Assembly: GCA_013265495.1 (NCBI GenBank)
Contig: MU057416.1
Coordinates: 1,110,545 to 1,174,544 of the forward strand
Source of the DNA: Vicugna vicugna
Taxonomy: Eukaryota
DNA: 64,000 nucleotides
Reading direction: 5' to 3'
How positions within the stretch are numbered: the stretch's first letter is position 1; every line of letters begins with the position of its first letter. Shown in pieces: positions 37,388 through 50,640 of this stretch. The notes under the pieces were generated by a model, which saw only the letters and a list, made by a program, of their open reading frames with translations, made no database searches and was not told the origin of the DNA. The translations under genes were made by a program, and so were the position numbers.

Positions 37388-37642
37388 TTATTTTTTTTTA
37401 ATTGAAGCGTAGTTGATTTACAGTGTTTCAAGTGTACGGCCAAGTGGTTCAGCTACACACACACATATACATTCTTTTCCATTATAGGTTATTACAAGAT
37501 ATTGAATATAGTTCCTACTAGGTCCTGGTTGTTTATCTGTTTTATATATTGCAGTGTGCATCTATTAATCCTAAATTCCCAGTTTATCCCTGTGCCTCCC
37601 TTTCCCCTTCGGTAACGTAAGTTTGTTTCCTGTGACTGTGAG
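37388..37642 (-). mobile_element. L1 3'UTR fragment
   Basis: tttttaattgaagcgtagttgatttacagtg..attataggttattacaagatattgaatatagttcc. Confidence 0.85.
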
Positions 37643-40600
37643 AGGTTTGGACTTTCTTGCTCGTGATCTCATTTGCTCCTTTAGTGCCTTCGCACGTGAG
37701 CCGTACAGAACTGAACGTGTGATCCGTGTTAATGAGCAGTGTTATGTCTCAACAGCTGTGCTCGCCCGCTTCTTTCATCTAGCAAATTTATAAGCTTTAG
37801 GAAAACTTTGTTTCCTTCATCACTATAGCTTTTAAGTCCTCAGACGGACACATTCCTCATGGGCTCACCTTTACATTCTTCGAATTCTGTTAACATCTCT
37901 GCATTAAGGTCCAATTGGGTGGATGTACGTTGCCTGTCTCCGGCTCTCGCAGCGAGTACAAGGCATTATCAGGAACACGAAAATTCTCACCCTGATCTTA
38001 CAGGGAAGCCCCCAGTTCCCTGGACAGAGATGGCTTCAGTGAGGGGGTCCCGCCTGCCGCTCCGGTTTCACCAGCACCGCCGTCGTTGGTCGGAGGAGCA
38101 TCTCGGGTACCAGCTCCCCCGCTCACTCTGTGGAGCAGAGCTGCTCAGAGCGCCGACTCCCATCTCAGACCTCTGGCGATATTTTTCTCTGTTATGTCAC
38201 AGAGGTCACCTGGCTCGTGTGTGACAAACTGCCTGCATAAGTCACAGTGCCAGTGGCAGAGATTTGTCACCAAGCCCCTGGTCCATTGCCTTTGAGTTAT
38301 TTCCCAGGCCCACTGCTTTACATTTACACTCTGTCGGGAGATGAACAGGGGAAGGGAGGAAAATCAAGGGCAGGGTCTCATCCTGAAGGACAAGGGGGAA
38401 CAGGTGGAAGGTTAATGGCCCTGGAGCGATTCCACCAGCCGCGCGGGCTTGATATATGGGCCTCGGGCCTAAAACGGGCATTGGCTTTCAAAGATATATT
38501 ATTTCATTTGAGGAGAGACATTCTGGAGTTCCTGCATTTGTCTGCTGATGGATGATCCTCTGTCCACAATTGGTTATGGCGGGCGAGTTTTCCTTGGGCC
38601 TGCTCCCGTCCATAAAAATTTTGCTGAGCTCTCCAGCCGCTCTCACGCCTTAGAAACGGAGACGTGTGCAGGGCGGCCCCCAGGCTGCGTGGGATTTCTG
38701 GGGCTGCTGTTTTACTGGTTCCTTTTGAACCGGGAGGCAAATGGGGGAGGAAAGGCACTTCTGTTCATTCATCCAGAACTTGGTAAGGGCGGCCTGGCCC
38801 AAAAAAAAAAGAAAAGAAGAAAAAGAGAGAGAGGGTGGAGGGATGTGGGGAAGGCACCGCGTCCTTGTGTGAGAGGCGGCCAAGGCGGGCTCAGGATGAC
38901 GCCCGGCCATCGGGGTCTCGGGCGTTGGCTGGGGTGAAACGAGATCCCACCCAGCCGCTTTGGACTTTCTGTTTGGCGTTCCCCGAAGCCTGTAATAATG
39001 GCTCAGTCAGTTTTATTACTGTGTTCAGAAGGTTTGCTGTGGTTTGGGAAGGAAGAGAACAGATCGTTGGGGAAAGATGCTTCACACAGAGACTAATGAT
39101 CAATTTGCCTAACCAGGAACCGCCGGGCATGGGCACCTAAAAATGCGTCCCATGGCTCAGCTGTTACAGGTGAACTGAGCTGGTCCCGAGATTAACGGGC
39201 CCAGGATCGTGCTTTAACCCGTGCGGCCTCCGAAAGTTGTACAACTGATTCTGAAGCCCCAGGAGCCACTCGTCTCTGCCTCCCGGGGTCTGCAGGCTTA
39301 CCACTCACTCAGATGTCTGGAATTCTAATGTGCCTTGGTTTATAAGCAACTGAAATTAATTATTAGCTCAGGTTTGGGGTGTGTGTACATCAGAAATCTT
39401 GGCTATAATTCCTGGGAACTGTTACACTAGCCTGGGCAGAGAGAGAATGCTTATTTTTATGGTAAGCATGATGGAGCAGTAAGCTCTATAAACTCACTGT
39501 TTAAACGAAAGGTGACTTTTCTTCCCAGTTCTTTTGTGTTCCACGGCCCTTGTGTTTGGAGAATACTCACACCACTGTATGGAGTGTCAGAATTCTATCC
39601 GTGGACATTTGTGCACAGAATGCCTTTGTCAAGAGCAAATTCTTCACACGGGGAAACCTGCCATTGTCACCACAGGTACATTGGGATTTATAAGCAGTTA
39701 ATATCAGGCAGCCAATCTGATGATATTTAACTACCGATAGGAATTTACTTTTTGAGTGAGAGGCAGTTGTGCAACAAATGATAAATAATTTCACATGCGC
39801 TGTGTAAGGCACCTCACCTCCATCCTTATTCAGACAAAATCCAGCCTGGCTCCCATTAGAAAGATGCGGTGCCTGGCCATTGGCCCTGCTGATAAGGGGC
39901 TTATGAAGGTGTCCTTTCCCTCTGGAATATTGTAAGAGCGCAGGCTGGACCAGACAGACGCGGGGAGACTGGAGAGACGTGTGTCGTGTCTGCAGGTGGG
40001 AGATGGACTCACTGTTTTCATTGGAGCACAGTCCGTTTACAGTGTTGTCAATTTTTGGTCACAGCAGAGGAACCCGGTGCTTTTAAAGGAAACCGTCAGA
40101 GTCGCGATCACGTGGACAGTTGGATGGCGCGTGCTCGCAGCTGAGCGGCTGCTTTTCCACTTGTCGCTTGGGTAGATGAGGACCTCAGGCCCCCCACCCC
40201 CGGTGGAAGCACCGTGGAGAAAATCATCCCGGCAGAAGGGCAGGTCCCGAGACACCCGCGTCTTCTCAGCGCAGCACGTAACACGCTGGTTTTAGACTTG
40301 TGTTGCTCGTGACCGCGTTTTCACATGTGAAAAGCTACCAGCTTTATGTCAGCCCCGTCTACCCTTCCTGCGTGGTGTTTCCCAGTCCGCAGACCACCGT
40401 CCTGTGATCAAATCAAAGGAGCCCACATAATGGGAGTGAGTGAAGCCCGCCAGTCCCGCATCTGTCAGAGTCTCCCGCTCAGATGGGCACTTCCAGAAGC
40501 CGACCCGCAGGAGGCCAAATACTTGCAAACAGTCTCTTAATTGCTCATTTGCAGTTGGACAAAATGCTCCACGCAGAAGGACTTCAAAGCCAATGGAATC

Positions 40601-43164
40601 TGCATTGGAAACAGGATCTCAATACCCATAGTCGCTTATTGTTGCAAAATTAGAATAACAAACGTTCCCAGCATGAAGCCAACGTAAACTTGCCAGAGTG
40701 TTATTCAACCTGAGACATGTTCCACTTTTTTTTTAACAGCCATAGAAGAGGCACCCTCCGCCGGCTGTTTGTTACTCTATACAGTTCGTTTTAATGATAT
40801 ATTTAGGTCTCCACCACACTTGGTATTTTCACGTATAATTACCCATATTTAAAAAAAACACTCATTAGTGTTCTGTTCCACTGACTTAATTATGCCCTTA
40901 ATTAAATCTCGACTAACTGGGGGGTCACTGGGTGTCAGTGGGATTTGTCACTGTTTGTCAGCAGGTGTCTGGCTTCTTCTATTTCTGGTTTTTCCTCTGG
41001 GTTGTATCTATTTAAGAGCTTGCTTTTTTCCTAAATGCCAGAGGGAGAGAGGCAGTTCTCACTGGAGGGCAGGGAGGGACGGCATGTGTGTGACAGGCGA
41101 CTGCTCTCCGGAAGCTTGCTTGTAAGAGGACGTTTTTGTCATCTGCAGTCTAGAAACATCTCTGGACTGGGGGAGAGAAGCTGAAGACAGACTTGGATAC
41201 AACAGACACACTTCTTCCAAGATCAGTGTGTCTCCGTTCTAGACACCATCGTGATCACATTCACGTGTTCAATTCTAAAAGTTCCTTAAAGAACAAAAAA
41301 TGACTTTTCGTTGTTGTTATGAGACCATCACATGAGATGTTTTGCACCAGGCTGCTTGGTATTCGTTAATTATTTGATTGACATTTGCCATCGTAAGCAT
41401 ATAAAACAAGTTTAAAAAATTAGGAAACAAGTGAAATTTAAAAACGTCTTTTATGTGTGTAATGTACACACAAAAGTCAATTCATTATTTTGAAAGGAAC
41501 TTCAATGATAAGACTGTTTATGCGTTTCATATGAGAATGTTTTAGACGCATGATTTTAGCGCATTACTTAAGGGAGAGATATTCCCGTGTTTATGTCTGT
41601 AATGGGCGCCTAACGTGGATCTGAGCGATTGATTAGTGCAGTCAGGCTTTTATAATTAGTGGTCAGCTTTTCAACATAAGCCCCCAAAACACTGGCTGTG
41701 AATCTACAGAGCTTTTACTCGTATTAATCAGTTTTTAATCTAAAAATGTATGCAAGCTACCTGAAAAAAATGTATACTTTTCTCTGGAATTAGAGTGGCG
41801 CTCCTAGCCTGGGCCCCAAGGAGCCGAGCTCAGACAGTGTGTCTCCAAGTGTTTCAGTCTAGAAATTCTGATTTTTAGCATAACATTTATTTTCACTGTT
41901 TAACTTACTATATTTCTGAAATTCAAATCAGTCCATTTCATCCTAAAGCATTAATTCCAGCTGCCTCTTCTCCAGTAACAAATACTCTCATTTGTTATCC
42001 AGTTTTCAACACAATTTTCATTTGATGTTTCCTGTAAGTTACCTCCTTATCAACTTGAAGTAATTTAAAATTTACATGTGTGAGCATATGTGGTTTTAAA
42101 ACCAATCCAAACGGTGAGGAGGTAAGAATTTTTGTGCACTCCGTGGGTCCCTGTACAGGTTAGTAATAGTCCCTGGATGATGAAAGACAGCGGCCTGTGT
42201 GTGGCCATGAGTGACTGCTGAAGCAGCGTGGTTCCCGGTGTCCTGGCCTTTACACAGCTGAAGTCATCAGCGGGCCGTTTAATTGCCGTCTGGCTGGTCA
42301 GGTGTCTTTAAGGTTCCTTCTTTCATTCAGTGAACACTTAGGAAGGGTCATTGGTGTGCCAGTGACATTTCAGGACTTAGAGACTCCACATGAGGTGTAC
42401 AGACGGGATCCTCTCTCTCGAGGAATATACTCTATTTTGTGTATGTTTTTGTGGTTATGGATCTTTTTAGAATAATTCCACTAACTGAATGGAAGCGACT
42501 GTAATTCAGCGCAGTAGCCTAACCGCGGATTAGACCTGTGACAGTCGTGGAACGTTGCTGCTGCCCCTGGGTTTACGCCTCCCCAGGTCTGCTGCCCAGT
42601 ATACAGCGTGAGTTCAAGGACTTCCCCTGGATAAGTTCCAAGGTTGTTTTAATAGTTAGTGTTCCCTTCTGAAGTGCAGAGTCAAGGTAAACAGAGAAAC
42701 AATAATGATTAAGGGGAATAATAGTTTTCTCATAAATTAATAGTAACTTTGTGTAGGTGGACTAATCACAGAGAAGGGTGGAAGCCGTGCAAATAAACAG
42801 TGATTTTAGAGCCTGATGGAATCTGAGAAATATTTTTCCACGTGACAGCGAATGATGCCCATTGGTAGACTCTCAGCTCTTATCTATGTAAACTCCACAG
42901 AGCTGCCATTATTCTGAGAGAATAATGAGGTATATCATGCAGTTTCATTAAAAATGCATTAATCCTCTTGGGGGAACTCCTCTAATTCATTGATTTGGTA
43001 ATACAAGCACAATAAACATGTTTGGCATAATGAAACGCAGCAGCAAAGTGTCCTGTACCCGTAAGACAAAGTGTGAGAGGAAAACAAACCCACTCCACTC
43101 CCCGAAAGAGAACCAGGTCTGGCTAACAGCGGTGCTGGGGTCGCACAGTGCTAACACGTGACGC

Positions 43165-43622
43165 TGAAACCACCCCAGCGGGGCCCTGCAGGGCCCTCCC
43201 GGGTACGAGCCCTTTTCCTTGTCCTCCGTTTCATGTTTGTAGAAAGACTTTTGTCTCCTAGGTCTTCCCTGCTTGCCAAAGAGCAGACTCAAACAGTCAC
43301 TAATTAGGCAAGTCAAGAAATGCAGAAACAAAGGGAAAGCAGTCAAGAAACAGAGTAGTTCCGCAGTGACATGATTAAGATTCCCGAATTCTCGAAACAC
43401 CACCTCGTTACCTCACCGCCAGCCCGTCAGGAGAGAGGGTCACGCACCCTGCAGCCCTCACCACAAACATTGCCACTGGGGACTTGGGTCTTTTGAGGAC
43501 GAGCCGCCCGTTCTCCTTGCTTGGAGCCCTGCAGTAGGCGCTGTACCTTCCTTCACCACGACCTGCTGTGAGCTTGGCTTTGAGGATGGTGGGTGAGCAG
43601 GCTCAAGTTCAGTTTGGTAACA
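43165..43622 (+). mobile_element. Solo ERV1-class LTR, MER41-like
   Basis: TG...CA ends (tgaaaccacc ... agttcagtttggtaaca); internal gttacctcacc..ccctgcagccctcacc..gggtcttttgag..gttctccttgcttgg. TATA and polyA signals look eroded. Family assignment is from recalled similarity. Confidence 0.65.
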
Positions 43623-43949
43623 ATATATTCAGAATTCTGTCATGGGGGCGGGGAGGGGCGGGTCAGAGCCGACGTCTTCCCTCTCCTGGTGGTAGGTTCC
43701 CACGTAGGCTGCGTAGGGCTCAGGCTCTCCCTCTGTAAAACACAGGCTGACTTCTGCCGGAGGTGGGATGGCGGATGAAAGGACTTCACACAGATCCAGC
43801 TCCCGGAAGCATACGCTCAGGAAATGTCAGTGTCTTCTTCCCTTCATTGATGCTTGGAAGTCTGGTGCTGTATTTGATACAAACACCCTGCTTGGTGCAA
43901 GCACTGGGCGAACAGTTACTTCCCTCTTATCACAACGGAGCCCTTCTGA

Positions 43950-44170
43950 TGTGGAAACCAGAATCAGGCTTGGCCTCAAATCCTCGCTCTGCCGCTTTCT
44001 GGTCCTGTGCTCTTAGGAAAGTGACTTAACCCAACCTTAATTAAGTCCTTGTCTATGCAATAGGGATAGTGTACTACTTACATGGTATTTCAAAATTAAA
44101 TAAAATAAATTTGCAGAGTGCACTGTGCTAGAACCTGAATGCACAAGGTGGTTGAGAAATGGTCCCCGAA
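43950..44170 (+). mobile_element. MIR relic
   Basis: tcaaatcctcgctctgcc..tgtgctcttaggaaagtgacttaacc. Confidence 0.5.
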
Positions 44171-45006
44171 GGAGGAGGGCACACGTGTGTGAAATTACAA
44201 GGACCAGTGACACGTGGGGGTGGGGAGAAAGGCTAGAACAGTGGTTCCAGACTTGCATCTCACCGAAAATGTCATTTCTGAAATTCTGCTCTAGAGAGGT
44301 GCCTGGTAAAGACCAACACAATTTATTGTTCAAACCAATAGATGTGTTTATTCACGTGCATTTGGTATCTGCTCTGTAGTTAAGCAGAATTTTACAAGAC
44401 GGTTTTCTTAAGCCTGTGTAACCGTCTCCCGCTTCTCTTGGGTCTGATGGAAAGCCTCTTGGTCCCTAGTCCCCACCGAAGGATGGAGCGGGGAGAGTGG
44501 TTGTGAGCATCCGCGCGTCCAGCTCTGGGGTGAGGAGCCTGGGTGCTGGGTGGACCCCAGGCGCAGGGAAGGGAAAGGACTCCAGAAGTCAGGGTGGGTC
44601 CGTCGCTGCTGCTGAGTGACTCTGCTTCCTTTCACCCGTGTGCCAGGCAGGCTCACTTACGCCGCACAGTTACGCCTGTTATTAATGGGAAGGCACGAGG
44701 GTGGGGGGAGAATGAGTTCCGGAAACTGTTTTTAGAAATGTTCAAAACTGCAGGTCATTGCACACAATGCGGCGAGTCGGTAACAGCCCCCAGGGGAGGA
44801 CAGGCTCTGCGCCCAGGGGCCCCTGTCACTCTACCCCTGCCCTGGGTTGACACGGGGCCGGGGGGGCAGAGGGCGGGCAGGCTGTGTTCTCTGCAGCAGC
44901 TGAAGGCGTATTCGGGTGATGTCTTTCGGCTCTGACTTACCTGCCCTGTTGGGGCCGCAGGTGTTCTCTTCCTCTGCCGAGACACACCTGCCCATCAGCA
45001 CACGCG

Positions 45007-45134
45007 CCTCCTGCACCAGCGCGCACACACACACACCCCTCCTCCATCAGCTCACACCCCTCCTGCACCAGCACACACCCACACACCCCTCCTCCTGCAC
45101 CAGCGCACACACACACACACATACACACACACAC
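45007..45134. repeat. Compound minisatellite: four CTCCT(G/C)CA(C/T)CAGC units, each followed by a CA run
   Basis: Read directly. Confidence 0.8.
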
Positions 45135-46207
45135 TTCCTCTCAAACCCTGTCCTCCAGGACGACCCAGGGCGCCCTCAGCCCCGTGCCCTGCTCCCTCAC
45201 TGGGAGTCTGAGGCCCCTTCTCTTCTAACTGTCCCTCTCTCCTCTCGTCCCACCTTCTCTCACTTCTTTTGGGTCGTTCCCACCATGTCAGCATCTGCAC
45301 CGTCCCATCCACGGGGTCCCCTCATCCAAACGTGTGTGGAGGCTCCGATCCTAAAAACACAAAACCCACCCAGGCCTCCCGTCTGCCACCGTCCTGTCCT
45401 GCCTTTAACCATCACGGCCACCGTCATGGCCGTGGTCCCTGCGCCCGCAGCTCCACCTCCTCCTGGTGTCTCCTCCGCTGACGAGGTACAGGGAGATGTG
45501 AGCGGGGCCCCCACTTCCCCGTGGAAGCGGCTCAGGGACCTCAGGCATCAGTGGTGACCTCGGCCACGGCTTTCCGGGCCGCGCCTGCCCTCTTGGTTCT
45601 GCAGCCCTGAGGTTCTGGGCACCGAGGCCCGGTGGTCCCTGTGCTGGCTTCTGTCCCCAGCCCTTGCACGAGACTTCTCTCTACATCCTCTGGTCGGGCC
45701 CTTTGCTCTCACGCTTGGCCTTCCTGGCGATTGACCCCACGAAGACAGTTACGCCAGACCCCTCTCAAACTTGCCAGGGCATCTGTGTGGAGTCTGCATT
45801 GCTTGCTAGACGCATGAGTACTCATCACTGACACTGCCTCCCAGAGGTCCTCCTTCAGTGCCCCCGGTTTTTCCTTCCCTGACTCTCCTTGCTTCCTGCG
45901 GTTACCCCGGGTTTCTGGTTCGATCACGTCTCTCTCGGCCATCCGTCGGGTGTGCACAAGTTAAAACTCGTCCCAGTCACCACCATCTTCTCACGCCCCC
46001 ACCACGGCTCACTCCCCGAATCCGGGCACCCTCAACTGCCCACCTTTGCCCACTTCTTTACCCCTCCTGTCCGTGCTCTGCCCGCACCAGCGCCCTTCAC
46101 GACGGCATGAGGCGTGACTGAGCTTAAGCCCCCGCGCCGGGATCCTTCCTCAGGGGCTGGAGCTAAATTGATTCTCCCCCTTCCTGTATGACCATAGTAT
46201 TTTTCCG

Positions 46208-46465
46208 TTCTTTTTTTACTGCAGTCGAGTCAGTTTACAACGTGTGTCCATTTCTGGCGCACAGCGTCCTGTTTCAGCCACGCGTGTACAGACGCGCATT
46301 CCTTTCCACGTTCCTTTGTGCTGTAAGCTGCTGCAAGGTGCTGAGCAGAGCTCGCCGCGCTGCACTTGTCTGTCTGTTTGCTGCACGGGCCAGGACGCGG
46401 GCTCCGAGCTCCCCGCTTGTCCCTTCCCTCCCGCCATGGCCGCAGCGGTTCGTGCTCTGCTTTGG
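46208..46465 (-). mobile_element. L1 3'UTR fragment, heavily A/T>G/C shifted
   Basis: Anchors agtcagtttacaa, atttctgg, tacaga and attccttt are collinear with the L1 ends at 49387, 50211 and 55856. Confidence 0.8.
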
Positions 46466-46760
46466 CTGACGTTTAAGTGCGCGTTCCACCACCAAACCGC
46501 AAGCCGTTGGCCTGGCCCGTGAGCGTAGTCCCGGAACCGCCTGAAACCGCGTCTGTCTGACGACGCCGGGGCCGCGCGGCGGCCAGAGCCCCCGCTTTCC
46601 CCGAGCCAGCGGCGCTGCCTTCCAGGCCTCCCCCCGGCCCGGCCCCGCCCTCCCCGCCGCTGTGTCCTCCCACAGGCGCCAGCACAGAGCTTTGGGCTCA
46701 GCGGTCGCTGCGCGGAGCCCTTCCCTTTTCAGAAACCGGCTTCTGCTGACGTGAAGGTGA
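46230..46760. promoter_or_regulatory. Orphan intronic CpG island
   Basis: CpG-dense; GC boxes ggccccgccctccccgcc at about 46641-46658. Confidence 0.55.
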
Positions 46761-47944
46761 CGGCGGCTGATGCAGAGCAGAGGTCTCAGACTTTTTGATC
46801 TCAGGACCCTTTGCGCTCTTGAAAATGACCGAGGAGAGTGAGTTCTCACTCTCAGCGTTAACGTGTGGGGGTTGAACCTGAGAAGTGGCCGAAGCACAGA
46901 GTCCCCACGCGCACGTCCCATGTGCCGCAAGAGTGATGATGTCATTTTGTCCTGCGGTCCCTGCAGAGTGCTGAGAGGTGGGGAGGGGGCAGAGGGCACA
47001 CAGCATCTGAGTGTCGTGGGAGGGCAGCTTTAACCTCTTGGACCCTCTGACCACACTTGTAAAACCAGGGGCTTAAATATCACTCTCGTGGGTGTTTACT
47101 CAAGCTTGGTGCCGACGGAACGCAGTTCCCAAACCAGAACTTTCACGCCAGCAAGTCAGCGGAGACACCCAGGGGCACAAAGCCCTCCACGACCCGGGGC
47201 TGTGAAGTCGCTCCCCTGGGCAGACAGACGGGTGCGGGAGCCACGACAAGCCGGCCCTGTGTCCCCTGAACCACCACCACATCCCCCCAAACCTTGGCAC
47301 ACCCTCACTCACACCAAGGCCACCAGGGCCTCGACCCCTGTGCGCTGCCGTTAGGGAGAGCTGGGTGCCACTGCGCTCACCCTTCGGGGTCAAAGTCTGC
47401 TGAGTCTGGGCAGCAGCCACAGCTTCTGTCTGGTCGGCCCCCCAGGACAGGGAAGAGAGGGGAGAGACCGTATCCAGAAAAAGCCTGGAGCTGTTGCTTC
47501 GGTTTCATTTTGGGTTGAACTCTTGCCTTGTGATGTTGGCTGAGCTGAGGGTGGAGGGCTCTGGCGGTGGCCTGTGATGACAGCTGGTCTTCCTGAGCCC
47601 AAGCCTTGTCTGGAGTCCTAGGCGTGCGTTAGCTCCGCGGGCTCCCACCGCAAGGTGGGTGCGGGGGGCAGTGTTAGTTGGAATTTGATGGAAGCTGGAC
47701 CAAAGTCAGGCTCAAGGAGTTAAGTCCTTTACCCAAGTCCACCCTCATCTGTCGGCCACGGACGGAGCCCGGCTTTGCCTCAGGCCCGCCCGATGCCACA
47801 GCTCACTCTCTGCCATCGCGGTGTATTTGCCCATGCTGTATTCCTGTGCCCAACAAGCTGGTGTTTAAGTGTGTGCAGGAGACTGTGTGTGCACGCTCAT
47901 GCCCACCTAAAACGGGGATATCTACGTGCTGGAATTTTCTAGAA

Positions 47945-48100
47945 CTTTTGGTTCAAAGGGTGGTGTCTTCTGTCAGCGCTGCCTCACTATTCAGCTTGGT
48001 AGGTGTGCAGAATTCAGTCCCAGACCCGCTGAATCAGAACCTACGTTGTAACAAGATTCCCAGGGAAACTGTAGGTACCTTGATGTTTGAGAAGCAGAGA
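47945..48100. mobile_element. MER5-like hAT MITE
   Basis: tgcagaattc..cccagacccgctgaatcagaacc..taacaagattcccagg..tttgagaagca. Confidence 0.6.
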
Positions 48101-49386
48101 TCACAAGTGCGGCTGCATCTCCCTGAACTCCGACAGGAAGAAGGAAGCAAAGCCGTTAGTGGGACTTCCTGCTTAGAGAGACATCCAGCGCATTTAGTTA
48201 AAAAAAAAAAAAAAACAGAAGAAGAAGGAAAAAATGCATTTAAAAGCATGCATTTATGTCATCTGGTCCCCAATTGCCAACAAAATAAACTAACTCCTCA
48301 AGACCTAGTCTGTACAAGAGACACACTGTAATTTTTCACAGGGATCTTTGAGGTCTGCCTGCAGTGTGCTTGATTAAAAGCAAGTGAAGACGGAAGGTCC
48401 CCATGCAAGACGGTGGTTTGTGGTGGAGTCTAATTTGTGCCGCTGGGCAAAGGTCACGGAGAGGAGCTCGTTAATGCATTCCCTCCGGGACAGACCCATC
48501 TCCAGCCCTCACCATATTGATCCACCGCTCCCGGAGCGGATGAGCTCACGGGCGGATGGAGGGGATGGAGAGGACCAGCCCTCGCAGCCTGAGGATTCTA
48601 GCAGGGGTGCCCCCGGGGCCAGAGGTCGATGGTTTAACGCCCTCGTTTAGATATTCCTTTGGTTCCTAGTGACCTGTTTATCAGTTACTCAGGAAAAAAG
48701 ACTTTCAAAGAAATAGGTTGCTCTTCTCCTGTGAAGAGTGTTGTTTTTCTCCTGTCATTTCTATAAATCACCTGAGCCCCATGGAGGCATTAAATGTCTT
48801 GGAATGGAGGCTTGCTTGACAGTGCAACGTGGCTGTTACCAAAACACAGCTCATGCTTTATTAAGATACCTGCTCAGGGTGGTCCTCAGGACCCAGGAGT
48901 CACCCCGTGTTCCTCCTCGTCTGTATACTTTTGTGGCAGAAGCACTGACGAAGCAATGGCTTGGTGAATCCATCTGGTAAAACACTTAACGTGAATGCCA
49001 AGTACTTCTTCCTGGAAGTGATGGGCCGTGGGAATTCTGGAAGTGAGGTAGAAACAAGCCAACATTTCCCATTAAAACAACAAGAAATGTGTCAATTCCA
49101 GATCCAAACCGCACAGCAGCACACTCAGCGCTTCTGACCCTCAGACACAGTTTCTAAAGGGAGCTTCGGGCTGACAGCGGCCTCCCAGCCTCCTTCGTCC
49201 CACTGCGCATGGGGACCAGCTCCTAGAGCGCTCCCTGTTTCCCCAGGCCCTCGCAGCCTGGTGCCGGCACAGCCTCTGAAGACGCTGCCTAGACTCCATT
49301 CTAACTTTACTTTGAGAAAGAGCGTGAAGCTTAAGTCTGAGGCAGGTAGACTGAGGCCAGATTTCTGCAAAGTGGAATTACACCTC

Positions 49387-49897
49387 TTTTCTTTTTTTAT
49401 TGGGCATATAGTCAGTTTACAATGTTGCATTGGTTTCTGGTGCACAAGGTAATGTCTCAGTCATGCATATACAGATGTGTATTCCTTTTCATATTCTTTT
49501 TCATTATAGGTGACAACAAGGTATTGAATGTGGTTCCCTGTGCTGTACAGCAGAAACTTGTTGTTTATCTATTATATGTATAGTAGTTAGTGTCTGCAAA
49601 TCCCAAACTCCCGATTTATCCCTTCCCACCCTCTTTCCCTCTGGTAACCATAAGCTTGTGTTCTATGTCTGTGAGTCTGTTTCTGTTTCATAAATAAGTT
49701 CATTTATGCTTTTTTTCTTAAGATTCCATATTTAAGTGATCTCATATGGTATTTTTCTTTCTCTTTCTGGCTTACTTCACTTAGAATGACAGTCTCAGGT
49801 CCATCCATGTTGCTGCAAATGGCATTATTTTATTCTTTTCTATGGCTGAGTAGTATTCCATTGTATAAATATACCACAGCTTCTTTATCCAGTCATT
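49387..49897 (-). mobile_element. L1 3' end (non-inverted part of a probably 5'-inverted insertion)
   Basis: Full 3'UTR plus ORF2 tail in reverse orientation. Confidence 0.9.
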
Positions 49898-49905
49898 GCC
49901 AATGA

Positions 49906-50110
49906 GGGGGTAGCAATAATCCTATCAGACAAAATAGACTTTAAAACAAAAGCCATAAAGAAAAATAAGGAAGGACAGTAAATAATGATCAAAGGAGCAA
50001 TACAAGAAGAGGATTACACTCATTAACATATATGCACCCTATATGGGAGCCCCTGAATATATAAAACAAATGCAGACATAAAGGGAGAAATTGGTGGGAA
50101 AGAATAATAG
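49906..50110 (+). mobile_element. L1 ORF2 endonuclease-domain fragment, opposite orientation
   Basis: Translates GVAIILSDKIDFKTKAIKKNKEGQ*IMIKGAIQEED then (frameshift) TLINIYAPYMGAPEYIKQ. Confidence 0.85.
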
Positions 50111-50210
50111 AATACCTCATTCTGTGAGTGGGTATTTCTAAATCTGACACCTGTGAAATTCCACTTTGAAAGTCAAGGTATAACTTTTTTTTCATGTGAG
50201 TAATTCCCTC

Positions 50211-50640
50211 TTTTTTTTTTTTAAATTGAAGTATAGTCAGTTACATGGTGTCCATTTCTGGTGTGCTGCACAGCGCCCCAGTCATGCAGATACATACATA
50301 TATTGGTTTCATATTCTTTTTCATTAAATGTTACTACAAGGTACTGAATACAGTTCCCTGTGCTGTACATGGGTCCTTGCTGTTTATCTGGTTTATATAT
50401 AGTAGTTGTATCTGCTAATCCCAAACTCTTAATTTACCCCTCCCCCTGCCCCCCTGGGTAGCTATGGTTTGCTTTCAGGTCTGTGTCTGTTTCTGTTTGT
50501 GAATAAGCTCATTTGTGTCACATTTTAGCTTCCAAATGTAAGCAACATCATACGGCAGTTGCCTTCCTCTGACTGACTTCACATAGTGTGATCATCTCTA
50601 GCTCCATCCAAATGGCACGTCGTGCTGCTTTCTTAGTCAA
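50211..50640 (-). mobile_element. L1 3'UTR fragment
   Basis: Poly-T followed by aattgaagtatagtcag..tactacaaggtactgaatacagttccctgtgct. Confidence 0.88.

Noticed and set aside
44916..45557. 213-aa His/Thr-rich ORF
   Set aside because: It is the translation of a CA-rich minisatellite and GC-rich flank.
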